DNA from: Polyangiaceae bacterium
GTDB lineage: Bacteria > Myxococcota_A > Polyangia > Polyangiales > Polyangiaceae
Reading direction: 5' to 3'
DNA: 64,000 nt
NCBI GenBank assembly: GCA_044376115.1
Contig: JBILLK010000012.1
Span: 32,001-96,000 of the forward strand
The notes beneath the pieces were generated by a model. It saw only the letters and a program-made list of their open reading frames with translations, was not told where the DNA came from and ran no database searches. A program made the translations under genes and the position numbers. Shown one piece after another: positions 49,866 to 58,452 of this stretch (position 1 is the first letter of the stretch; the number at the start of each line of letters is the position of its first letter).

Positions 49866-50701
49866 CAACCGTGCTCTGGGCGGCGCTTGCCGTTGTCGGC
49901 GCCTACTTAGCCGGAGTTGCGCTCTTTTGTATCGTTACGTGGCGCTGGGTCGCGCGGCTCGGCCCACCTCGCTCGCGCCGCGAGTCGTTTCGCGAGTTCA
50001 TCCGAGAACTTCTGCTCGTGGCGTTGGTGCAACCACTGCTACCCCTCTTTTATCTGGTCGGTCGCGGGCGGGAGCACGCTTCATCCGCCGATACGCCGGT
50101 GATCCTGGTGCATGGCTACTTCCAGAACCGCGTGGACTTCTTGTACCTGCGAAGAGCCCTTCGCGTGCGAGGCGTCCGTCCCATCTATGCCTTCAATTAC
50201 CCTTGGTGGGACAGCATTCCGAACAATTCGGCCCGGCTCGAGCGCTTCGTCGAGCGCGTTGCAAGTGAAGCCAAGCAGGTGCGCTTGGTCGGGCATTCGA
50301 TGGGTGGGTTGGTGGCGCTGGACTACGTCCTCCATCGCGCGCCCAGCTCACGGGTCGCGTGCTGCGTGACGCTGGGTACGCCTCACGCAGGGGTGATCTT
50401 TCGCGGGCCTCTGCTCGGAGCAGCAGGCCGAGATTTGCGCGCCCAAAGCCATTTTCTCCGTGAGCGCGCCCAGTGCGCCATCGCCGTGCCGTGCCTGAGC
50501 ATCGCGTCGGAGCACGACAACATCGTCTTTCCGGCGAAGCGTGCGGCCTTGAGCGCGCGAGGTGGGCTGGACTTGGTCGTGGACCAGCGAGCTCACTTCG
50601 GCATCCTGTTCGACTCGGCGATCGCCGACCGGGTAGCAGCCTTCTTAGCGTCGCCCGAGCGCCTCCAGAACGGCGCGGTTGCTCCCGAAACGACCGCCTA
50701 G
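49862..50701 (+). CDS. Alpha/beta hydrolase (lipase/esterase) with an N-terminal membrane anchor
   Basis: LVHGY, GHSMGG nucleophile elbow, LGTPH, HDNIV and AHFG. Confidence 0.9.
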   Translation: MTTVLWAALAVVGAYLAGVALFCIVTWRWVARLGPPRSRRESFREFIRELLLVALVQPLLPLFYLVGRGREHASSADTPVILVHGYFQNRVDFLYLRRALRVRGVRPIYAFNYPWWDSIPNNSARLERFVERVASEAKQVRLVGHSMGGLVALDYVLHRAPSSRVACCVTLGTPHAGVIFRGPLLGAAGRDLRAQSHFLRERAQCAIAVPCLSIASEHDNIVFPAKRAALSARGGLDLVVDQRAHFGILFDSAIADRVAAFLASPERLQNGAVAPETTA

Positions 50702-51303
50702 AGGATCGTGAACTCGATGCTCGGACCAGCGAAAGGCCCACCATCAGGCGTGACGCGGTTCTCTTCAAAGATAGCGTTGGTCACGCTGACGTTGATCGGC
50801 CCGGTGGCCGCTTTGAGCTTGGCCCACGCTGCGTCGTCCGGCGTGTATGAAAGGTCGAGCGTAAAGATTCGCAGCACCTTCGGGTCCTCGGCTGTCGCAA
50901 AGACAAGCCAGTAACCGCGGCCGGAGACTGGCGTTCCGTGTGCGTATGCCTCGCGTACCCCAAGCACGAACCCGAGCGCCTTCTCGAGCGGCCCCTCATG
51001 CCTTAGCCGAGCGGTGGGCCCCACCGACCAAGCGAAGCGAACGGGCGTTGCGCCGTCTAGCTCGGCGCCGTCCAACGGCTCACTCAGCTGGGCTGCCTCC
51101 GCAGGCTCATCCTTCGGGGATTGCGCCAAGAGCGCCTCCAAGGCCTCATCCGTTGCCTCCGCTTCATAGATCACGTCCGACAGATCTTCCGATGGACCAC
51201 CTCCCCCGCCGCTGCTGCCGTCATCCGAACACGCAAGCGCCGAAACGCTAGCAAATGCAGCCAAAGCGAGGAGGTTTCGTCGCAACGATTTTGTCAAAGC
51301 CAT
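50698..51303 (-). CDS. Hypothetical lipoprotein
   Basis: Lipobox ALAC and a Gly linker. Acidic globular domain. Confidence 0.7.
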   Translation of the reverse strand: MALTKSLRRNLLALAAFASVSALACSDDGSSGGGGGPSEDLSDVIYEAEATDEALEALLAQSPKDEPAEAAQLSEPLDGAELDGATPVRFAWSVGPTARLRHEGPLEKALGFVLGVREAYAHGTPVSGRGYWLVFATAEDPKVLRIFTLDLSYTPDDAAWAKLKAATGPINVSVTNAIFEENRVTPDGGPFAGPSIEFTIL

Positions 51304-51353
51304 AGTGTGAGTTTTCGCTCATCGAAAGAACCGGTGCAAGCGGCTGCTTCTAC

Positions 51354-52226
51354 TTGTCGCACGCTCAGGTGACCGCTACGCGCGGTACCGTGCTTTCTCC
51401 CACCGCAAAACTGGCCGCCCGTCACTACGGCCCGCTTTCGAGTGCCGTGGCACCTCTGCTCGAAACGCCGCGACCCCGCAGCGCGACGGAAGAAGACGCC
51501 GCTGTGCAGCTTGGCCGTCTGCTCGACTTTCGCGGCAGTGTCGAGCTCGCGGCGATCGTTGGTCGAGGCTCGAAGGAGTGGGAAGGCCCGCTGGTCGACC
51601 CAAGCCGCGCAGCCCAGCTTCGCGCCGACTTGGCCGATGATCTGGCCGAGGTTCGCGCCCAACTGACCCACGCTTTCTCGCGTTGGACGGCCCAACGTAG
51701 TCAGGTCGCCGGCCCAGAGGCTCTTGCCGCCGCCTTGGCGCCGAGGGTCTCGCTCGGCTTCGCTGAGCGTCGCACGAATACGATCGCCGAGGCCGTGTGG
51801 GGCCCTGTCGCGGAAGAGGCACTCAAGGAGCTCACGCTTGCCCGGCGCTCAGCGCGTCGCATTCGCAAAGATCTCGAACCAGCGTTGGTCGCGCTCGGGG
51901 TGCGGGCCGCGCGGCTGTGTGAACTGGACCGTGTGCTGAGCGAGGCGATTGAGCCAGCCGTACAGGCGAGGATGGAGCGCATGATCGCGGGGACGCAAGC
52001 CCACGCTGTGCGGCTGCTCACGGCGCACATCGAGAAGCTTCCTGTCGGTGATGCAAGCCAAACGGTGGCTCAGTGGCTCGCGCACATGGGCCCGATTCGC
52101 CAGGGATTGGCGGTCTTCTCGAAGGTTGTGCGCGCAGGGCTCGAGGTGGAGGAGCGGCGTATGACGGCGCTGCTCGAGGCCTCGCTCGAGTCGGAACTCC
52201 CGTCGAACGCGCTGGGCAGCGCATGA
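51354..52226 (+). CDS. zorF: DUF3348-like protein (Zorya III ZorF candidate)
   Basis: Segments LGRLLDFRGSVELA, AARLCELDRVL and LEVEERRMTALLEA resemble DUF3348 proteins as I recall them. It is the first gene of a coupled MotA/MotB-like operon. Start is uncertain. Confidence 0.6.
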   Translation: MSHAQVTATRGTVLSPTAKLAARHYGPLSSAVAPLLETPRPRSATEEDAAVQLGRLLDFRGSVELAAIVGRGSKEWEGPLVDPSRAAQLRADLADDLAEVRAQLTHAFSRWTAQRSQVAGPEALAAALAPRVSLGFAERRTNTIAEAVWGPVAEEALKELTLARRSARRIRKDLEPALVALGVRAARLCELDRVLSEAIEPAVQARMERMIAGTQAHAVRLLTAHIEKLPVGDASQTVAQWLAHMGPIRQGLAVFSKVVRAGLEVEERRMTALLEASLESELPSNALGSA

Positions 52227-55200
52227 CCCGCGCCATCATCGCAATCGTTGGAGCGTTGGGCCTCGCCTTCGTTTGGCGCGCCGCGCAGCTGTACCAGGGC
52301 AGCGATCCGCTGGCCTACCGCATGGTCTTGCTGATCGGCGTGGGCATGCTGGCTGGGCTCGTGGAGCTGATGCTGCGCGCGACTCGCATCGCACGGCTTA
52401 CCGACGCGCTGCTGGCCCTGCCGAAAACGCCCGGCCGCGAAGACATCGAGAAGGCCAACGAGCCGTTGCGCGGGCTGCTCGAGTCGCGCCTCAACGGCAC
52501 GGCGACCAACCTCGGCAGCGCGGTCTTCACCTCGTATCTGCTCGGCCTACTGGTGATGATGGGGCTGCTCGGCACCTTCATGGGTCTGTTCGAGACGCTC
52601 GCAGGTGCGCGAGAAGCACTCACCGCCAGCGGCGATGTTACCGCCCTGCGAGAGGGCCTCGCGGCCCCGATGAAAGGTCTTTCGCGCGCCTTTGGTACGT
52701 CCGCTACCGGCGTCGCCTGCTCGGCGTTGTTAGGGCTCGGAGCCGTCTTCCTCCGTCGCGCAGAGACACGCTTCATCGGCAGTTTGGGGAGCTTGGTCTC
52801 AGGCCCGTTGTTCCCGATGACGATGGCCGGACGGCAACTCGCTGCGCTCGAGGCCTTGGCCGAGAACCGTGAAGCACTTCCTGCAGCGGCCAAAGCCATT
52901 GAGCTGGCCACCAAGCGGCTGAGCAACCTCTCGAAGGAGATTGAGCGCGGTCAGCGCGAGACGAGCAAAGAGGCAGCGGACGCATTTCGTGCGGTGAGCC
53001 AAGAAGTGGGTGCCGCATTCCTAGCAACGAGCCAACAAGCGAGTGAAGGCTTTCGCGCAGCCGCGCAGGATCTACAGGCTGAGGTCAAAGCTGGGGTCGA
53101 GAGCGCTGCCAGCGCGATCGCACCGCTGCTCGATCGGGCGGTGCTGCGAGCTGGTGAGGGCGCGGCCAAAGCGGTGGCCGAGTGGACGGCGCGACTCGAT
53201 CTCGATGCGGAAGAGCGCAAGCTGCGCGACATCGCTCAACATGAGCAGCTCGCAAAACAGGTGCAACAACTCCTGGCCACGGTTTCAAGCGAACTCGAAG
53301 CTGTTTCGACGAAGGCCGTGGCTCGCGACGAATTGAGAATGAGCGCCCTCGCGCAGCTCGCCACACAAGCTGACGCGCGCGACGCTGAACGACTCGCAGC
53401 GCTCGAGGGGCTCGCAAAACAGGCCGTCACGCGCGACGCTGAACGGCTCGCAGCGCTCGAGGCGTTGGGTCAGAAGGCCATCACGCGCGACGCTGAACGA
53501 CTCGCAGCGCTCGAGGGGCTCGCAAAACAGGCCGTCACGCGCGACGCCGAGCGGCTCGCAGCGCTCGAGGCGTTGGGTCAGAAGGCCATCACGCGCGACG
53601 CCGAGCGGCTCGCGGCGCTCGAGGCGTTGGGTCAGAAGGCCATCAGCCGAGAGGAGCAACGGCTCGTCGCCTTCGAGGAGCTCGCCAAACAAGCGCGGGA
53701 GCGTGAGGCGGAGCGGCTGGCGGCGCTGGACAAGCTCGCTGAGCAAGCCGTGGCTCGGGACAACGAACGCTTGGCAGCCTTCGAACGGCTGGCGGAGAAG
53801 TCGGACGCACGCGACGCCGAACGTCTGCGGGCCATCGCTGAGCTCGCTGACCAGGCTGAAGCGCGCGATGAAAAGCGGAATGACACAATCGAGCAGTTGG
53901 CGGTTCGTGCCGACGCGCGCGACGCTGAGCGGCTTCAAGCAATCGAACGTCAGGCAGCCGAAGCCGAAGCCCGCGAACAGGCGCGCCTCGAGGCTATCGC
54001 CGCGATCTCGGCGGATGCGGCCGTTCGAGACGCCGAGCGGCTCGCTGCCTTGGAGGAGCTTGCCGCGCAGGCCGTCGCGCGAGATGCGCAGCGGGCGATG
54101 CTGTTCGAACAGTTGAGCGCCCGAGCCGACGAGCGGCAGCAGTCGCTGCTCGCGACGGTCTTGGCGGTCAGTGACAAGACGCTCGAGCAGGACCAGCAAC
54201 GCCTTTCGGCGATCGAAGCGCTGGCCGAAAAGATCGGGGCGAGAGACGCCGAGCGGCTGATGACGCTGGTTGATCTTGGTGCGCGCGCCCATGAGCGAGA
54301 CGCCGAACGGCTAGCGGCGCTCGAGGCCGTTGCGGACAAGGTGACGAGCCAACGAGCCGACCTCATCGCCTTGCTCTCCGAGCACGCCGAACGCGTAGCA
54401 GCGTTGGGTGCAGCAGAAGAACAACGAGCCGCAGCGCGTATCGACGCGGAAGCACTACGCGAACAACGCGTGGCGCAGCTCGGCGAGCGGCTCGAAGGCA
54501 TCGCTCGCAGCATCGATGCCCGCGCTGAAGTCGTGATTCACGCGCTCGAACAACAGCTCCAAAACAGCGTGGAGCGTGCAGCCAACTCCATGGGCCCGCT
54601 ACTCGATCGCACCGTCGAGCAAGCAGCAAAGGCCGCTGCCACCCAGGTGGATCGCTTCACGGAGCGGCTCGAGCTCGAGGCCGAGCTTCGGCTCGAGGAA
54701 GCGCAAAAACGCTCGGCCATCCTCGAGGCCAGCGCCCGTGAAGGCATTCAGCAGGTCACACGGGAAATTGCGAATTCAGCTGAGCAGGCCAACGAGCGGG
54801 ACCTCCTGCGGCTCGCCGCGATCGAAGCGGCGTCACTGCGGCTAGAAGAGCGTGCAACCTCGGCGGCGCGCGCAGCCGAGGCCATTCCCGACGTGGTCAG
54901 TCGCTTCCTCAGCGCCGAGGAGCAACGCCTGCGCGATCGCGATGTGAGTGACGAGCAGCGGGACGAGCGGCTGGAAGGTCTGATCGCTCGCATCGAACGG
55001 ATGGCGGATGCGCTCGAGCAACGTGCGAGCGAGCACAATGATCGAGCGATCGAACTCGAGGCCAAGCTCGACCGTGAACGTGTGCAATCAGCGGTGCTCT
55101 TGGTCGAGAAATTGTCGGTGCACGCCGCGAGCTTCGGCCAGGGTTTGGATGCCACCGCCAGCCTGGTGCGGGACGCAGCCGAGAGCGTGCGCTCCGGTGG

Positions 55201-55507
55201 GACTGAACTCACGGCCGTCGCCGAGATGTTCACCGGCGCCGTGGATCGCTATCGCGACGCCAATGAGCGCTGGCTCGACAGCCTCACGACGATCGAAGGC
55301 GCGCTCGACAAGAAAGGCGGCGGGGAGGCTCTCGACCTACTGGGCGCCTACCTCGATCAGACGCGCGAAGTGTTCGACCACTCGCTCGCCTTTCAACGCG
55401 AGCTCTTCGCCGAACTGCGCGCGCTGCGAGCCGCTCCGCGCACCACGGCGGCCCCGCGCACCATCCCACCGCTTCGCCAACCTGACACCGAGAAGGGCTC
55501 GCAGTGA
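52223..55507 (+). CDS. zorA: MotA/TolQ-like membrane protein with a very long helical tail (DUF802-type, ZorA candidate)
   Basis: ATGA overlap at 52223. TM motifs LLVMMGLLGTFMGL and AFGTSATGVACSALLG, followed by a ~900-aa A/E/R-rich tail with 18-aa repeats. Confidence 0.8.
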   Translation: MTRAIIAIVGALGLAFVWRAAQLYQGSDPLAYRMVLLIGVGMLAGLVELMLRATRIARLTDALLALPKTPGREDIEKANEPLRGLLESRLNGTATNLGSAVFTSYLLGLLVMMGLLGTFMGLFETLAGAREALTASGDVTALREGLAAPMKGLSRAFGTSATGVACSALLGLGAVFLRRAETRFIGSLGSLVSGPLFPMTMAGRQLAALEALAENREALPAAAKAIELATKRLSNLSKEIERGQRETSKEAADAFRAVSQEVGAAFLATSQQASEGFRAAAQDLQAEVKAGVESAASAIAPLLDRAVLRAGEGAAKAVAEWTARLDLDAEERKLRDIAQHEQLAKQVQQLLATVSSELEAVSTKAVARDELRMSALAQLATQADARDAERLAALEGLAKQAVTRDAERLAALEALGQKAITRDAERLAALEGLAKQAVTRDAERLAALEALGQKAITRDAERLAALEALGQKAISREEQRLVAFEELAKQAREREAERLAALDKLAEQAVARDNERLAAFERLAEKSDARDAERLRAIAELADQAEARDEKRNDTIEQLAVRADARDAERLQAIERQAAEAEAREQARLEAIAAISADAAVRDAERLAALEELAAQAVARDAQRAMLFEQLSARADERQQSLLATVLAVSDKTLEQDQQRLSAIEALAEKIGARDAERLMTLVDLGARAHERDAERLAALEAVADKVTSQRADLIALLSEHAERVAALGAAEEQRAAARIDAEALREQRVAQLGERLEGIARSIDARAEVVIHALEQQLQNSVERAANSMGPLLDRTVEQAAKAAATQVDRFTERLELEAELRLEEAQKRSAILEASAREGIQQVTREIANSAEQANERDLLRLAAIEAASLRLEERATSAARAAEAIPDVVSRFLSAEEQRLRDRDVSDEQRDERLEGLIARIERMADALEQRASEHNDRAIELEAKLDRERVQSAVLLVEKLSVHAASFGQGLDATASLVRDAAESVRSGGTELTAVAEMFTGAVDRYRDANERWLDSLTTIEGALDKKGGGEALDLLGAYLDQTREVFDHSLAFQRELFAELRALRAAPRTTAAPRTIPPLRQPDTEKGSQ
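53378..53647 (+). repeat. Five near-identical 54-bp in-frame tandem repeats (order A-B-A-B-B)
   Basis: Units start at 53378, 53432, 53486, 53540 and 53594. They encode RDAERLAALEGLAKQAVT (A) or RDAERLAALEALGQKAIT (B). Degenerate copies extend over about 53320-54330. Confidence 0.92.
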
Positions 55508-56145
55508 ACGACTCGCCCGAAGAGCCGATCGAGTCGATCCCCTACTGGCCCGCCTTCGGCGATCTGATGGCGTGCGTATTCGGGCTGTTCGTCATGTTCT
55601 TCGTTTGGTCGATCGCCTTTCAGGTCGACCTGACGAAGGACCTTCATGAAGAGCGCGAGAAGCGTGAAGAGGAATCGTCGCGGCTCGCAGCGCTCGAGAG
55701 CGCCATGGCCGGGCCGCTCGCCGAGGGCCGAGTCACGCTCGTCGACGGGAAGATCGGCATTCGTGGCAGCGTGCTGTTCGATCTCAACTCGGCCGAACTT
55801 CGCCCCGAAGGGCTCGAGCTGATCCGCAGCCTCGCCGAGCCGCTGCGCAGCTACCTCAAGGCACACGACGAGGCCATCATGGTCTCGGGCTTCACCGACA
55901 GCTCGCCGATGATTCCGCGTCCCAACGGCATCAAAGACAACTGGGAGCTGTCATCGCAGCGTGCGCTCACGGTCACCCGTGCACTCACTGCCGCCGGTGT
56001 CCCGGCCGAGGCCATCTTTGCAGCGGGCTTCGGCGACACCCATCCCGTTGCACCGAACGATACGCCCGAAAACCGCGCCAAAAATCGCCGCGTTGAGATC
56101 TCCCCCATCCCGCGCGAGAAGCCCAGCAATCAGGCCAAGCCGTGA
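55504..56145 (+). CDS. zorB: MotB/OmpA-family protein (ZorB candidate)
   Basis: TM WPAFGDLMA with the conserved Asp. OmpA-C motifs VLFD..SAEL, GFTD, NWELSSQRA and NRRVEI. GTGA overlaps at both ends. Confidence 0.88.
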   Translation: MNDSPEEPIESIPYWPAFGDLMACVFGLFVMFFVWSIAFQVDLTKDLHEEREKREEESSRLAALESAMAGPLAEGRVTLVDGKIGIRGSVLFDLNSAELRPEGLELIRSLAEPLRSYLKAHDEAIMVSGFTDSSPMIPRPNGIKDNWELSSQRALTVTRALTAAGVPAEAIFAAGFGDTHPVAPNDTPENRAKNRRVEISPIPREKPSNQAKP

Positions 56146-56870
56146 ACGCGCCGGACGAGGGAGGGCTCTCGCCTGCCGATCGCTTGCGCTCCCTTTGCGA
56201 GCGCGGCGCCGAGGCATTCGACCCAGAGGGCTACCGCCTTGCTGCCCGCCTTGTCGACGCCCAACTCGAAGCGCGCGCCCTGCTCCGGATCGAGAAGTTG
56301 GAGCAAGAGCTGGAGCAAACAAAGCTGCGGATCGAGGAGCAGCTCGGGCTTCTGCGCGAGCGAGGCGTAGAGCTCGGAGACGCTGTCGCACAGGCGCAAC
56401 AAAGCGGGGACCTACGCACAACCCTGCGCCTTTTGCTGCGACTCGCGGCCGGTCGCGTCGAAGAACCGCGGTCGAGTTCGCGTTGGGCGGCGATGCTGGC
56501 TGCCCGCGCGCAAAAACGCGCCGTGCGCTTGCCGGAAGAGCTGGCCTTTCGAGTGGACCGGCTGACCCAAGCGCCGGAAGCGCCGGTTCCCCAAGCGAGC
56601 GAACTTGCGCACGCACTCTCGCACGCGATGTTCGTCGACTCGATCGCGAGCTCACGGGCCACCCTCGCCATCGCTCGTGCGAGCGACAACGTCCCGGAGG
56701 ACTCCGGCCCATACAACCCACAGGTGATTGCAGCCCGCGCCCTCGCAGAGCTAGCCGAGCTATCACCGAGCTACGCGCAGGCATTTGTCTCTGGGCTCGA
56801 TGATCTCGCTTCGCTCGAAGGCATTCCACTACCCAGCCGCAACAAGCAATCGGGGCGGCGGCGCCAATAG
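56142..56870 (+). CDS. zorG: DUF2894-like protein (Zorya III ZorG candidate)
   Basis: N-terminal GAEAFDP and C-terminal PEDSGPYNP...RAL..L..LSPSY...F...LD.L resemble DUF2894 as I recall it. Confidence 0.7.
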   Translation: MNAPDEGGLSPADRLRSLCERGAEAFDPEGYRLAARLVDAQLEARALLRIEKLEQELEQTKLRIEEQLGLLRERGVELGDAVAQAQQSGDLRTTLRLLLRLAAGRVEEPRSSSRWAAMLAARAQKRAVRLPEELAFRVDRLTQAPEAPVPQASELAHALSHAMFVDSIASSRATLAIARASDNVPEDSGPYNPQVIAARALAELAELSPSYAQAFVSGLDDLASLEGIPLPSRNKQSGRRRQ

Positions 56871-56878
56871 GCGAGCGG

Positions 56879-57961
56879 CTACTGCGCGGCGGCCACCTCG
56901 ATCACCGCCACGCCCGCCGCTCCGCCGACGATTACACGCGCGTCCTGCACGAGCACCCGTGAGAAGCTCCACGTCGGGTCGCCCACGCGCGTCGCCTGCG
57001 CCCCCTCGAGGTGCGCAACACCGCCCTTACCGACAACAATACGGCCAAGCTCGCTCTGCACGACGTCCTCGGGCCGCTCAATCGGCGAGGGCGCACTGCT
57101 CCACGTTTTACCGTCATACGCGTGAATCAGGTTGTTTGCCGGCTCCACCACCACCATCGATTCATCCGGCCCCACCCAGAACCCAGTCGCGGGTGTCTTC
57201 CATGGAGCCTCTGGTCCAACGCGCTCAAACCGCTTATCGCCAGCGCGAAGTACGCCCTCCTCCGTAAGCGCATAGCCTCGACCGGAGAAAGCACGCACCA
57301 CAGCAGTCGCCGGAATGGAGGCAGGCAGCTCTTTCCAACCCTTGCGGCTCTTCAGCAGGCAGATACCTCCTACTTTGCAAACCACCTCCGGGTCATCTTC
57401 ACCCAATACGCCATAGAGCGCGGCTCGGTCCCCGGCCAGGGCACCAATCTCTGAACGCTGATCTTGCCAGGCGCCATCGCGATAGCGCAGATAGACCATT
57501 GTATCGCCCTCGCGGTGATAGCCCATTAAACGGGGTCGATTGTCGCGTCCAAAGTAGAGCCCAAGCGATAGTGCTTTCGCGGCGCCACGATGCTTGGCGG
57601 GCAACCCGAGCGCTTGCCACTTTCCGCCCTCAAAACGGTACGGCGTAGCAATTCCCTCCTCTTCGACAAGAGCGCCCAATCGGCCATCCTCGCCGTCGAT
57701 GAGAAAGTAAACCGGCTTATCCAAGAGCCGCCTGGCGCTCAGTCGACTGCTCGGTGCAAGCACGGCTCTAGCCTCCGCCGGCGCGGGTTCGACGGGCGTA
57801 ACCGGCGCGGGCCCCGAAGCCTCCACAGAGCTCGTTGACGCAGTGGCTACGGCGGCCGCGGAGCGAACAACCTCGGCCTGGACAGGCCCAGCCGAAGGCT
57901 CGGCCGCACAACCGACTACCATTGCCGACATAGTGAATATTACTCGGGTATTTTGGCCCAA
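56879..57961 (-). CDS. Hypothetical lipoprotein, beta-rich (propeller-like)
   Basis: Lipobox VVGC and repeats FEGGKW, YRDGAW and YDGKTW. Start moved to TTG 57961 to avoid overlapping the divergent gene. Confidence 0.7.
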   Translation of the reverse strand: MGQNTRVIFTMSAMVVGCAAEPSAGPVQAEVVRSAAAVATASTSSVEASGPAPVTPVEPAPAEARAVLAPSSRLSARRLLDKPVYFLIDGEDGRLGALVEEEGIATPYRFEGGKWQALGLPAKHRGAAKALSLGLYFGRDNRPRLMGYHREGDTMVYLRYRDGAWQDQRSEIGALAGDRAALYGVLGEDDPEVVCKVGGICLLKSRKGWKELPASIPATAVVRAFSGRGYALTEEGVLRAGDKRFERVGPEAPWKTPATGFWVGPDESMVVVEPANNLIHAYDGKTWSSAPSPIERPEDVVQSELGRIVVGKGGVAHLEGAQATRVGDPTWSFSRVLVQDARVIVGGAAGVAVIEVAAAQ

Positions 57962-57988
57962 GTTGATGAGCCATGGCACCCCAAGCTC

Positions 57989-58444
57989 ATGCTCTGGCAA
58001 TCGGCTTTCGTTGCGGCGCTGCTTTCTCTCGCGGGTCATGTGGGCGGCAAGGTACACGCGAGGCTGGCCGCCGTGGAGAGCCGCGTCGAAACCGCCAAGC
58101 TCGCGACACCCGACCCCAAATCAACGTTGCGGATCGAGTTGGAGCAAGAGCTCGTGAAGATCGATTGGACCGCCGAAAAGGTGAATCGCCCGTTCGAACT
58201 GGTCGCCGTGCTTTCCGACGCTGAGTCCAGCACCGGGAAGAATGGCGCACACGCCTCGTGCACGATTCAGCTGCTCATGCGCGAACCGGGTGGAGCGTTG
58301 CTCGGTCGGGTGACCGGTCGCGCCTCAGGCGAAGATCGCGAGGGCAGCCGCTTGAGCCTCGAGGCCGGGGTGTTCGAGGCAGCCTCGCGCAGCGCCGCCA
58401 GCGCGCTCCCCGAAGCGCTCCGTCGGTCACGCAAAGCTCGGTGA
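57989..58444 (+). CDS. Hypothetical secreted protein
   Basis: Signal-like N-terminus MLWQSAFVAALLSLAG. It fills the gap between two minus-strand genes. Confidence 0.6.
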   Translation: MLWQSAFVAALLSLAGHVGGKVHARLAAVESRVETAKLATPDPKSTLRIELEQELVKIDWTAEKVNRPFELVAVLSDAESSTGKNGAHASCTIQLLMREPGGALLGRVTGRASGEDREGSRLSLEAGVFEAASRSAASALPEALRRSRKAR

Positions 58445-58452
58445 AACGGGCG

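Noticed and set aside
53285..54292. Repetitive 335-aa minus ORF, and a possible CRISPR-like array
   Set aside because: It mirrors the ZorA coding repeats. The units are contiguous and in frame, with no unique spacers and no cas genes.
52223..56145. Flagellar stator, TolQR or AglRQS gliding motor interpretation of the MotA/MotB-like pair
   Set aside because: The ~900-aa tail, the OmpA-type B subunit and the DUF3348/DUF2894-like neighbours fit Zorya III better.
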